Made by a program: the position numbers and the translations under genes. A model generated the notes under the pieces. The model saw only the letters and a list, made by a program, of their open reading frames with translations. It was not told where the DNA came from and did not search any database. Below are positions 23,357 to 35,463 of a DNA stretch of 64,000 nucleotides, piece after piece. The DNA comes from Selaginella moellendorffii (lineage: Eukaryota > Plantae > Lycopodiophyta). Location of the stretch: the NCBI RefSeq assembly GCF_000143415.4, contig NW_003314305.1:1336834-1400833 (forward strand), in the 5' to 3' direction. Within the stretch, counting starts at the first letter, position 1. The number at the start of each line of letters is the position of its first letter.

Positions 23357-25555
23357 ATGGGTGCCAAGTTTCAGCCCCTTCCTCGCTTCTACTGGACGAA
23401 GGAACAGATTGCTGCGATCAGAGACCTGTGCCGTGACGACGATCTCTACGTGAAGACGAAGTATGGTAGGAAACTGAGGCCGCCGCCTCGTCCGCGACTA
23501 AGTCGAGAGCAGGAACGCTTTGTTCGCGCAGACCCTCAAGCAGGCTTGGATAGAATCAGTGGGCAGTGGGTAGCACTCCAACACCAGCTCGGGAAGAAGC
23601 CTTACACAGCCGAGGAGCAGGAAGGCAACTACGTGGGTCCGATTCTGGGTCACAAGCAATACAGGTGCGAGCTCCATCTTCACAGGGGACAGAAGCAGTG
23701 GAATGTCCATGCAGTCGGGGACAAGTTTCTGGTCTACGAGACACTTCCTCCCGCGACCGACACCGGTGATGATCCTCCGGTGCTTTGTGGTCGCGACAAG
23801 TTCGTCATTGGTCGCCCTCTGTCAGTAACAATGGACAACCGGGCGACAAATGTTTCCTCGTCATGGAACTCGTTTCCAGTGTGGAGCTTGCCAGAAGAAG
23901 GCAAAGAGGGAACGATCGGGAACTATATGGTGCCGAGCAGTAAGGTGGCGCTGCCGGGTTTAGTTCCAGGCAAAGGAGCGCTAGTCTTCGATGCCTTGTA
24001 CGAGACTGTGAAGGAAGGAGGAGCGAGCTGGAGCTCCGAGATGGTTGAGAAGCTGGACAGGCTCAAGCGTGGGATAACGCACCCCCACCAGGTCTGCGTG
24101 GTTCTCAAGAAGATCAAGCACGACGCATCTCTCTCGCTCAAGCTCTTTACGTGGGCCAATACGATCCCAGGCTTCAAGCACGACTTGGTAAACTACTCGA
24201 CGATGATCATGATCTTGGGAGATGACGGGAACTATCTCATGGCCGAGGCGCTTTTTGTTGAGATACAGGAGCTCGGGCTTCGCCTTGACACGTTTGCAGT
24301 GAACAACATGATCCGCTGCTACACAAGAGTGAACCGGATCCAGGAAGCTCTCGACCTCTACAGGAAGATGCCATACTTTGGCTGTCACCCGGACAATTGC
24401 ACCTTCGGCCTCCTCATCGACTGGTGCGGCAAGTTCGGCTCCCGGAAGGAGCTCCAACGGATCTTCCTCGACTTGAGAGCCTCCCCCCACAATGCCGACG
24501 CGCAGACGTTCAACACAATGATCCACAACTTCTGCAAGCAGCGGGACTTCGCAAACGCCAGGGAAGCTGCCAACCAGATGAAAGCCTGGGGGATTCCATT
24601 CTCCTCTGCAACGTACGCCATCCTCATCCACATGTACGCCAAGGCTCGAGACTCGAAAGCAGCGGCAGAGCTCTACGCGGACTACCTCCGCTCCGGCCTA
24701 GAGCCAAACTTGATCGTCTACAACAACGTGATACTGAGTTACGGTTCCAGCGGCTTCCCTGGCCATGCGCAGAACATCCTGGGTGATATACGAAAGGCCG
24801 GCCTCGCTCCAGATCGATTCACGTACTGCACGCTCATAAGTTCGTGGGCGAGAGCCGGAGCTATGCTGCAAGCCCGGCGATGGTTCAACAAAGCCTGCAA
24901 GACGAAGGCCGGTCCAAGCATCGAGATGTGCAACGCGCTCATCGATGGCTACCTCAAGGCCCGAGAAGTGGAACCGGCTAAGTTCATCCTCACCAAAGTC
25001 ATGCCGGAGAGAGGCATGGAGCCGACGCTGCAAACGTACACGATCCTCCTGGGCCACTACACGAGCAGCGTCAAGGTGGCGGACTCGAGAGCAGTGAGAG
25101 AGATGATGAAGTCGTCCTCGAAACCAGCAGCAGCAGCAGCAGGAGGAGGAGGAGGAGGAGGAGATGATCATCCCGGCGTGGACGAGTTCCTGAACGAGAT
25201 CCTGCAAGGCCTCCGCGCGATCAAGGAGCTCAAGAGCTACTCGAGGGAGTTTTTCCGCAAGCTGAGGATGGACAAGCCTCCTCGCTGGGGGCGATGGCTG
25301 GCGGATGCTCTCGTCAACCATCTCCACTGCTTTGGCTACGCTCGCGAGGCCTTCTACGTGTGGGAGGGTGTCTCCTCCACAGAGCTCTACCCGAGAGGGA
25401 TCTGGGAGGACTGGCAGGGAGCGTGGTTTATCTGGCTCCAGGATATGAGCTCCGGGACTGCGATGGTGGCGCTCACCAGTGGATTGATCGTGTCCAGGCG
25501 GAAGCTCGCGCGGGGATTCGATAGGCCGGAGCGAGTGATCATCGTGTGTGGCTAA
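23357..25555 (+). CDS. PPR-SMR copy 3, C-terminally truncated (732 aa) within the SMR domain
   Basis: 11-nt deletion (CGCGTCGGACA) after VIIVCG creates TAA at 25553-25555; PPR tract intact. Confidence 0.75.
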   Translation: MGAKFQPLPRFYWTKEQIAAIRDLCRDDDLYVKTKYGRKLRPPPRPRLSREQERFVRADPQAGLDRISGQWVALQHQLGKKPYTAEEQEGNYVGPILGHKQYRCELHLHRGQKQWNVHAVGDKFLVYETLPPATDTGDDPPVLCGRDKFVIGRPLSVTMDNRATNVSSSWNSFPVWSLPEEGKEGTIGNYMVPSSKVALPGLVPGKGALVFDALYETVKEGGASWSSEMVEKLDRLKRGITHPHQVCVVLKKIKHDASLSLKLFTWANTIPGFKHDLVNYSTMIMILGDDGNYLMAEALFVEIQELGLRLDTFAVNNMIRCYTRVNRIQEALDLYRKMPYFGCHPDNCTFGLLIDWCGKFGSRKELQRIFLDLRASPHNADAQTFNTMIHNFCKQRDFANAREAANQMKAWGIPFSSATYAILIHMYAKARDSKAAAELYADYLRSGLEPNLIVYNNVILSYGSSGFPGHAQNILGDIRKAGLAPDRFTYCTLISSWARAGAMLQARRWFNKACKTKAGPSIEMCNALIDGYLKAREVEPAKFILTKVMPERGMEPTLQTYTILLGHYTSSVKVADSRAVREMMKSSSKPAAAAAGGGGGGGDDHPGVDEFLNEILQGLRAIKELKSYSREFFRKLRMDKPPRWGRWLADALVNHLHCFGYAREAFYVWEGVSSTELYPRGIWEDWQGAWFIWLQDMSSGTAMVALTSGLIVSRRKLARGFDRPERVIIVCG

Positions 25556-26124
25556 GAGCAAGGAGGTGACCCATGCGGTGAACAGGACGCTGGTGGCTCT
25601 AGACTCGCCGTTTGAGCCTTTCATCTCTATGGGGAGATTTATGTGCGAGGGGAACTTGTTTAGAGACTGGCTGTGGGAGAAGCAAGTTGCTATAGAGCTC
25701 ACCATGGATGCTTATATGTAATTAGCGCATTAGTGGGATGGTAAAAAGGACCAAGATTCGTTGGATCTAGCCTTTTGCTTTGCTTTATTTTTTCTTAAGT
25801 TCAGGTATTTAGGATTTTTCTTAGGCTGCAAATTAGCACATGGATGTGATAAGGCAAGAGCGAGCCATATGTTGTTTCAACTCAGAGGAAGCTGATGAGC
25901 TGGTTATGCATGATTTGTCTCTGTGGAGATCTATAACATGGAATACTGGGAAAGTAACCATTATGCCTAGGTAAAGTTTGTTTGGAACTTCTTCATAAGT
26001 GCAAGATTACAAAGAGATTGCAGACAACAAGTCTCGTTGTCAAACTTTACATATGTAATATATATACATTATTTAAACAACCATGCCCAGAGCTGTTTAT
26101 TTTATATAAATACAGCATCATCTT

Positions 26125-26885
26125 CTAGGCAAGCTGGAGTAGATCATCCTCCTTGACGCACAGCTGGTGCCCCTGACGGTTGTAGAGCTTGCAACCTTCC
26201 TTGAGTGGCTTCCTGCAAGTGTGGCAAGAGTTGAAGTCGAGCGCAACACTTTTTGGACCTGGGCAGACATAGGAAGCAGAGCCACATTTGAACGTGCAAG
26301 TTTTATCAGGTCCTGAGACGCATATCGATTTGCCATGCCCCAAGTCCAAGCAACCTTGAGGAATGCTGCAACAAGTAGCGCAGCTGCCTGGCGTCCAAGG
26401 ATGGACAGTGCCTCCACAAATCTCCACGGCATCCTTCAAGCAGGAGTTGTCATCACCATTTGGCAGTGGTGCACCAGTCTTTAAATTGTAGAGATGACAG
26501 CCATTCGAAGGCTCCTTACCCGGTGGGAGCACAGAAATTGGAATTTGGTTAGTCCATCGGGATGGGCAGACTTTGATTTTTGGTGGAAGACAAATTGGGT
26601 GGCAAGGACGAAAAGGGGCGGTGCCACCAAGACAAACTGGACTGCCAGTTCCAGGCTCGAGATATATGCATCCAGCCTCAAGCGTACAGCAATTGGAGCA
26701 TGCGTCCAGAGTGACAACAGCATCACTACAAACCTGGAGACGATGGCCGCTGGCTGCAAAATCATCTTGACAAGGCATTCAAGAAGTCAGTCCTGAAAGA
26801 AAGAATCAAAACTTGGAGATCAACCTGCAGATATCAGAAGTAGCTGAAAGCTTAGGATAGTGAGGAACAAGAATGAAGCTGCCAT
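26125..26885 (-). CDS. Pin-II-like inhibitor, copy 3 (reactive loops CHPIC / CTFKC)
   Basis: Intact two-exon gene, 24 Cys retained. Confidence 0.8.
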
Positions 26886-28007
26886 GTTGTTGTGGTGCTG
26901 AACCTCGGGCTGTTTGAATTTATAGTCACACAGTGGCATGCGATCGATCTCTACAAAAATCTCACGTTTTTTCCGGACTTGAAAGTTGCGTATGGATTGT
27001 ACTGATCGGGGGCCACCTAGCCTGGCTCTCTGTGGTGAAACAAATCATATACTTCCAGAGAGGTGTCCCATCAGTAGTTTGATCGGTGAGGTCCGATGTG
27101 GCGCCCTTATTAGGGCGACGTGGCCGGAAATACAAAGGATTGCATGCCACGTCATAATAGACGAGGTTAGCGAAGCGGCCATGGCGGGGCTGCTCGGCCA
27201 TGGCGGTTCTTTCAACGTGGCCAGGCTGGGAGCACTAGGGTAGCAGCTCACAGCGCTGTCACAGCAATGTGCTATCCGATCGATCGATCTGGGTCTCGGG
27301 TTTAGTTTCTAGAGGTTTCCGGCTTCTCCACAGCTAGTGGTTTCGTCCTCCGGCCTATGGCACCGCTAGAAAATCCTCCAAACCTTGAAGAACAGATCGA
27401 GATTTAGGAGCAGCGAGAGATTGCACGAAAGATCTTGCGTTGGGAGCTCGACCGCAATTCTGCCTAGCTGCTCTATCGAAGATTTGCAAGTCGAGCGTTC
27501 AAACAGAGTGCTCAAGAGATTGAGCTCCGTCCATAAATTCAATCCTTTCTGGGCTCCGACCAATGTGATGCCGCGATTCAAATTTCTGGCGCTTGGTGCC
27601 TCAACATGGGTAATACCATACGTATTGAAATATCACATATTGAATGATTTTGGAACAGCTCATGCACAACAAGGGAACTCTTTTGATTATATATACATAT
27701 TTGTGCAGTTGGAGGCATTTATACAATATACAAATTGATTTCCTTGGATTTCTTGTCTTTGGTCTAGTAAAATTCAACATTGGCAAAAGAGAACTCCAAG
27801 ATTAAAATCAGGACACCATTTGCATCCATTGCATTGTGGTTTAATGCATCTAGTTGTTGGGTGGTACATGTATACTTATTCTTTCAAAGCTAGAAAAAAA
27901 ATTTCATTTGCTACATGCAATCTAAACCCTAAACCCTAAACCTTAAATAGACACGTGAAAAAAGGGTGGCAACCCTTCAATTTTGATTTTAATGATGCTC
28001 CAATAAG

Positions 28008-28106
28008 CCATTTATCTCTATGGGGAGATTTATGTGCGAGGGGAACTTGTTTAGAGACTGGCTGTGGGAGAAGCAAGTTGCTATAGAGCTCACCATGGAT
28101 GCTTAG
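28008..28106 (+). pseudogene. 3'-terminal ~100-bp fragment of PPR-SMR marking the start of unit 4
   Basis: ATCTCTATGGGGAGA...ATGGATGCTTAG identical to 8178-8272, fused to spacer sequence. Confidence 0.85.
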
Positions 28107-28518
28107 AATTAATATGTAATTAGTGCATTAATGGAAGGGTAAAAAGGACAAAGATTCGTTGGATCTAACCTTTTGCTTTGCTTTATTTTTTCTTCAAGTT
28201 CAGGTATTTAGAAATTTTCTTAGGCTGCAAATTAGCACGCCATATGTTGTTTCAACTCAGAGGAAGCTGATGAGCTGAACACCAATGCATTGTGATGTAT
28301 GATTTGGCTCTGCGGAGATCTATAACATAGAATATTGGGAAAGTAAACATTATGCCTAGGTAAAGTTTGTTTGGAACTTCTTTGTAAGTGCAAGATTACA
28401 AGACAACAAGTTGCGTTGTCAAACTTTATATATATAATATATATATATACATTTCAAGTACCCGTTATTTAAACAACGATGCCCAGAGCTGTTTATTTTA
28501 TAAATACTGCATCATCTT

Positions 28519-29279
28519 CTAGGCAAGCTGGAGTAGATCATCCTCCTTGACGCACAGCTGGTGCCCCCGACGGTTGTAGAGCTTGCAACCTTCCCTGAGT
28601 GGCTTCTTGCAAGTGTGGCAAGAGTTGAAGTCGAGCGCAACACTTTTTGGACCTGGGCAGACATAGGAAGCAAACCCACATTCGAGCGTGCAGGCTTTAC
28701 CAGGTCCTGAGACGCATACTGATTTGCCATGCCCCAAGTCCATGCAACCTTGAGGAATGGTGCAACAAGTAGCGCAGCTGCCTGGCTTCCAAGGATGGAC
28801 AGTGCCTCCACAAATCTCCACGGCATCCTTCAAGCAGGAGTTGTCATCACCATTTGGCAGTGGTGCACCAGTCTTTAAATTGTAGAGATGACAGCCATTC
28901 GAAGGCTCCTTATCCGGTGGGAGCACAGAAATTGGAATTCGGTTAGTTCCTCGGGATGGGCAGACTTTGATTTTTGGTGGATGACAAATTAAGGGGCAAG
29001 GACGAAAAGGGGAGGTGCCACCAAGACAAACTGGACTGCCAGTTCCAGGCTCGAGATATATGCATCCAGCCTCAAGCGCACAGCAACTGGAGCATCCGTC
29101 GAGAGTGACAACAGCATCACTACAAACCTGGAGACGATGGCTGCTGGCTGCAAAATCATCTTGACAAGGCATTCAAGAAGTCAGTCCTGAAAGAAAGAAT
29201 CAAAACTTGGAGATCAACCTGCAGATATCAGAAGTAGCTGAAAGCTTAGGATAGTGAGGAACAAGAATGAAGCTGCCAT
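28519..29279 (-). CDS. Pin-II-like inhibitor, copy 4 (protein identical to copy 2)
   Basis: Intact; translated ORF identical to 17701-18354. Confidence 0.8.
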
Positions 29280-30899
29280 GTTGTTGTGGTGCTGAACCTC
29301 GGGCTGTTTGGATTTATAGTCACACATAGTCCTGTCTATTTGATGACTTGGCATCCGATCGATCTCTACAAAAATCTCACGTTTTTTCCGGACTTGAAAG
29401 TTGCGTATGGATTGTACTGATCGGGGGCTAGCCTGACTGTCTCTGTGGTGATGTCCCATCAAGGTCCGATGTGGCGCCCTAATTAGGGCGACGTGCTGGA
29501 ATACAATTTCCACGTTGGTTAGCGGCATGCCACGTCATAATAGACGAGGTTAGCGAAGCGGCCATGGCGGGGCTGCTCGGCCATGGCGCTTCTTTCAACG
29601 TGGCCACTAGGGTAGCAGCTCACAGCGCTGCCGCAGCAATGTGCTATCCGATCGATCGATCTTGGTCTCGGGTTTAGCTTCTAGAGGCTTCCGGCTTCTC
29701 CACAGCTAGTGGTTTCTTCCTCCGGCCTATGGCACCGCTAGAAAATCCTCCAAACTGACTCAGCCCAGATTTAGGAGCAGCAAGAGATTGCACGAAAGAT
29801 CTTGCGTTGGGAGCTCGACCGCAATTCTGCCTAGCTGCTCTATCGAAGATTTGCAAGTCGAGCGTTCAAACAGAGTGCTCAAGAGATTGAGCTCCGTCCA
29901 TAAATTCAATCCTTTCTGGGCTCCGACCAATGTGATGCCGCGATTCAAATTTCTGGCGCTTGGTGCCTCAACATGGGTAATACCATACGTATTGAAATAT
30001 CACATATTGAATGATTTTGGAACAGCTTATGCACAACAAGGGAACTCTTTTGATTATATATACACATTTGTGGGCTCAGCTGGAGGCATTTACAATATAC
30101 AAATTGATTTCCTTGTCCGGATTTTAATCTTGGAGTCCCTCTCTTTTGCCAATGTGAAAATTACTTTTGCCTGTTGAACTTTACTAGACCAAAGACAAGA
30201 AATCCATTTGCATCCATTGCATTGTGGTTTAATGCATCTAGTTGTTGGGTGCTACATGTATACTTATTCTTTCAAAGCCTAGAAAAAAAAAAATCATTTG
30301 CTGCATGTGATTAATCCTTTATCTTTTTTCTAGAATAAACCCTAAACCCTAAATAGACAGAACCATGTGAAAAAAGGGCTTCAATTTTGATTTTAATGAT
30401 GAGAAAATTGCATGCAGTAACAACTGGATCAATCAAGTGGATGAGATCAAAATCTTCAAATTCTATAATAAGTCAAAACATGAAACTCATGAGGTATTGT
30501 CTTTTAGTATTTATTTCCAAAGGCAATTACTGAAAGGCAAAAAATTGATGCCCTTTTGGCCCTTTTTGAGCCATTTTACATGGGTGTTTTTTAAAAATGC
30601 CCTTTAAATGTTGGGCAAAAGTGCATATAGCTTTTTTTGTTCAAGGGCAATAAAATAAAATATTCTTTCAAAATAATTTTTTCTCTTTCTTAATGGACAA
30701 TGAATATTTTGAATTAAATGAACAAGGAGTTGACAGTGTTTCTCTCAATGACATTTTCTCTCAATTAATTAGAATTTGGTTTGCATGTCATAGTTGTCTT
30801 GTTTAGAGCATAGTTTTACAGAAGAAAATGGAAGGGCAACAACACTCATCATCTAGTTCTTATACTATACATTCAATCTTTTTTATTTCCATGCATTTA

Positions 30900-32083
30900 A
30901 TTTATAGATCTTAGGAAAAAAGTACATTCTTTCTTCCCTTTCTAGGTCCCCATTCATGATTGTCCATATCTGCGGTAGAATCCAGTGCGGGATTGATTGC
31001 TCAGGCTCTTTAGCCCGGGATTTCTTGGACTGGATGGCTTCACCTCTCTTGCAATACCATTGATGCATGAGTGCGTGGAAGCAAATGTTCCAGCGGTGCT
31101 GTCTGCATGATCGTCGTATTGGAGGGCTTCGTTCTCATCCACAGCTGAGAATCTGGGGAGGCAGGGCAGATCGAGCTCCCACAGCTCCAGAAAATTGGTA
31201 AGATATCTTCTAACTTATCAATCGACGTGCAAAACTCATGAAGCTCCTCTTGCAGGAAGGAACAAGCCGAGCTTCCACTATCTCGCCGCCGAATCCACAG
31301 CCCTCCAATACGTTCTTCTTTTAAACTGGGAACTGACAAAGTTTCTATCCAGTTCTTAGTTCCAGACGCTAGACTTCGATGCAATGAAAGAGAGAAGAGA
31401 GAATCTGGACAGTCTTAAGCCCAAGATCGTTGACATGGTTGTCAAGAAGATGAAGCATGACACATATCTCTCGCTCGATTTCTTTACGCTGGCCATGAGA
31501 ATCTCCAGCTTCCGGCACGACGTGGTGATGGTCATGATCCTTGGAGTCGATGGCAACTATCTCATGGTGATCACAGACATGCCCCGTGGAAACGATCTCT
31601 ATGTGAAGACGAGGAAGCTGTGGCCGCCACATCGTCCGAGACAGCAGAAAGACCCCCAAGTAGGCTTGGATAGATTCAGCATGGTAGCAGTCCAACACCA
31701 GCTCGGGAGGAAGACTTAAACAGCCTACAAGAAGGAAAGCAACTCCGTGGATCTGATCATGAGTCACAAGCAGTACAGGCAGGAGCTCCACCTTCACAGC
31801 AGGAAGGAGTGGAACGTCCATGCAGTCAGGGACAAGTTTCTGGTCTACGAGACACTTCCTCACGTGAGCGACACCAGTGATGATCCTTTGGTGCTTTGCA
31901 GTCATGACAAGATCGTCATTGTTCGGCCCTTGTCAGTAACAGTGGACAACCGGGCAAAGAATGTCTCGTGGAACTCGTTGGGCTTGCGGGAATGCAAAGA
32001 AGAAACGGAGAACTATACGGTGCCGAGCAGTAAGGAGAGTCAGTCGGGTTTAGTTCCAGGCAAAGGATGAAGGAAGGAGGAGG
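30900..32083 (+). pseudogene. Third broken copy of the upstream segment plus chimeric-ORF 5' part
   Basis: Near-identical to 11080-12259 including the TAA stop and the same junction into SHPRH. Confidence 0.8.
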
Positions 32084-35000
32084 GATTTGCATGGCTTGCT
32101 TAGATTCTTACAAGCAGAGCCGTTTGACAATCATACTTGGTGGCAGCAAAGCTATAAAACATCCTTGCGAGGTACTATGTGTTTTTTCCTTTTTATTGTA
32201 AGTAACACTCGTTGCTCTCCAGGAAGGAAAAATGGGAGCAGTTGACTTTGCTCATTCCTTTTTCCGTGAGATTATGTGGCGGTCTATGAAGATCGATGTC
32301 ATAGACCAGCTAGATATTCCTCCTCAAGAAGAGCGAATTACATGGCTCAAGTTTTCGGGTGTTGAGAACCACTTTTATAGGCAACAACACGAGCAATGCG
32401 TGAAGAGAGCCAGAGAAGCTATTGAGAAGTACTCATTAGGTGCTGGTCGACCTCTAAATCATATGAATACCTCAAAGTTAATGAACCCCTTGTTGAAGCT
32501 GCGACAAGCTTGTTGCCATCCTCAAGTGGGGAGTTCGGGAGTACGCTCGTTGCAGGCATCACCACGCTCATTGCAGGCCGATGGATGAAGTCTTGGAGGT
32601 AAGGAACCTTGGTATTAGAGTCTTCAGGTCCTAATTGAAAAAGCTAAAACTGAAGGAGAAGAAGCTCAACGAGATCTTGTTGATTCGTTGAACGGACTGG
32701 AAGGTCTGGCGATTATCGAGGAAAACATCCCCATGGCTGTCTCCATTGACCGAGAAGCACTAGCAGCCGCGGAGGAAAATGCGACTAATTTTGAAGTTGA
32801 TCCGCTTCAGAAAGTCCATATTTTACACAATTTGGAAGAGTCACTCAGAAACTGCAAGGATGACGCATTGAGCAAAATTCCAAGAACTCTGAGGGATGAT
32901 ATGCTGATCAGTCAATGCGACGAATTACGAAGGAAGTACGTCAGTGGCCAGTATGCAAATCTTGCTGCGGCTCAGCACGCTGCACACAAAGAAGTATTAT
33001 TGATTTCTTTTCAAAAAAGCCCTTCTTTATCCTGCAGATCAGTCTGATGATAAATCTTCAAGATGGAGCCACTGGTGGCTAGATGCTTTTGCATGGGTTC
33101 AAACATCGAGCAAACGAAGTGACCACCTATTGGAACGAATAAAGCACGGGCTGGAAGATGTAAATCGTGCTGGTGGTCGGAATGTTTCTAGTCTTTATCT
33201 TTCTTGGAAGGTACTCTACTGAGCATGTAGATACCACGACCTTAACGGCCTCAAGTTCTTACTAAGCCAGGAGTTGGATACTCTCCATGAGACTCGTGAC
33301 CACGTTCTGAGCCGCTTAGTTGAAGTGGATGGCGGGATGCAGAATCCGAATCCCGATTATGTGCAGCGCGCTGGACAATGTTCCCAGTGCCAGCCTAGAC
33401 ACACTGGGATAATTGTGCTCATTGTGCGATTGATCTCATGTTTCAGGTACAATCTGCTTCTGTGGTTTCTGACATTGTCAGTGTGGATAAACAGAAATAT
33501 GCAAATAGGCTATTTTACTTGACGTCCCGAGCAGCTGAATTAGATGGCATTGTTACTGCAGAAGACGCCTTTGTTTCTCAAGTATGTTCACTGGATAAGG
33601 GAAACAAGGAAACTGAGACGAACACAGGCAGGAGAAAAGGAGCAGCAGTAGCTGCGGTAAGGCAACTTCTTTTTGTTTTTTAAACTTTTTTCTTTTGTTT
33701 TTCTTTGCTTCGAGCTTAAATATTTCTTTTCACAAGTTACGCACAGATGTTCTGAAACGGAAATGGTTTTAAAAATTTTACTTGCATACATGAAAGCGGA
33801 AACGAACCACCTTGAAGTAAACACTCCTGTGCTTATTTGTAAGTCTTTGACAAACCATGTCAATTCAGGCATTGCGTAGCGAATATGCAGCGGCGAGACG
33901 CTTGACAATAGCACAACAATTAGTTCTAACTGAATTGGACGAGCTGAGCATGTCGACAACAAGGCTATGTTTGCAAGGTGCCAAGGCTGCAGACGGCAAT
34001 CCTTTTGGTGATGAAGGCTACGAGATAGCAATTAGAAACGCGGAGCTTACCAACGAAAAATTTGTTGCTGTTGAGAATCTATCTCGTGTGAAGAGGCAGC
34101 TCAGATACTTGAAGGTATTAGGCTTAAGTTTTCTTCTATTCGCAGCTCCTCTCATTTCCGGATTGCAGGGTCTAAGGAATAAGAAGGACGAGGGGCATAA
34201 CAGTTTGGAAGGAGAAATTTGCCCAGTTTGCCACGATGGCATAGAATCTGGAGCAATGGTCCTTCCATGCGGCCATTTGCTTTGTGGCAAGTGTAAGTTT
34301 TTGGTGTCTTACTTTGTTGGTTTCCTGAGCAAATCTTCATTTTATTTCGCAGGTTTGAATCTTATTGTGGACCGCCAGAAAGCACCAGCTAACGGTGCTG
34401 ATTTCAAGCGCATTGCATGTCCAACGTAGCAGACTTATGTCTCTAATATTGCTTGTGCCAATGCTGAAGCGGCTTCTTCGAAAATTGCGGAAATCCTCCA
34501 GGAAGAAGAAGAGGACGAAGAAAAATCTATAACCGTGGCAGGGTCGTACGGAACATAGGTAATCTGGCTTTGTCGTCTTTTTAATTTAATTCTTTTGCAA
34601 CTTTGAAGATTGAAGCTGTCGTCAGGAGAATTCTTAGTCCCGATCCGTTTGTGAAAATTCTTGTGTTCTCGACGTGGAAAGAAGTGCTGGACTTGTTAAA
34701 ACACGCACTGAAGAGCAACAAGCTCAGCTGGGTTCGACTAAAGCCTCTCAGGTAATATCGATAATCTGTTTTACTCTTACTCATGTGCTCGTTTTGTGTT
34801 TTTCACAGACAAATGGGTTCTTCCATCTTGGAATTTAAGGAGAACATCCAAGTCATGTTACTGCCCACACAACATGGTGCCAATGGCCTGAACTTAATAG
34901 AGAACACGTTATTTTGGTGGAGCCTTTGCTCACTCCGGCAGTAGAAGCTCAGGCTATCAATCTAGTCCACCGGATTGGCCAACGTCTTAAGTCACTTGTA

Positions 35001-35322
35001 CATAGATTCATTGTAAGTTACGTACGTTTCTTCTGTTTTCCAATTACTGACGACATTTCCAGATATGTAACACTGTGGAGGAGAACATCTACAAAATGAA
35101 CCAGCAGAAGACGAACCTCCTTCCAATGAAGCAAAAAGAGCAGCCTCTATCAGCGAATGACATGAACAGTTTACTAGCTTGGGACGAACCGAAAGAGAAC
35201 ACAGCTACTTCAAACACAGTGGTTCTACTCCTGATACTTTCCGAGATTTAACTCCGGCTCAAGCTGCTGCTGCTGCTGCTGAATCGCGGCTCTTGCGACT
35301 ACAGGCCAACGCTTGTCTATAG
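32084..35322 (+). pseudogene. SHPRH: 5'-truncated SHPRH pseudogene, unit 5
   Basis: Same 5' junction as 12260 (offset 19824); stops and deletions (TAG at 34427, 34556). Confidence 0.9.
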
Positions 35323-35463
35323 ATTCTTTGTAAGTACTTTCTGTTGCATGTCCGGATTCTGAACCTTCGTATTTTCTGGCAGAGAAGGAACATTCTTTAG
35401 TCAAAAGATGAGCTTTCGGTAAGTTTTTCTGTTGGCGAGGGGTTTAGCTAGCTAGCAACAGAG

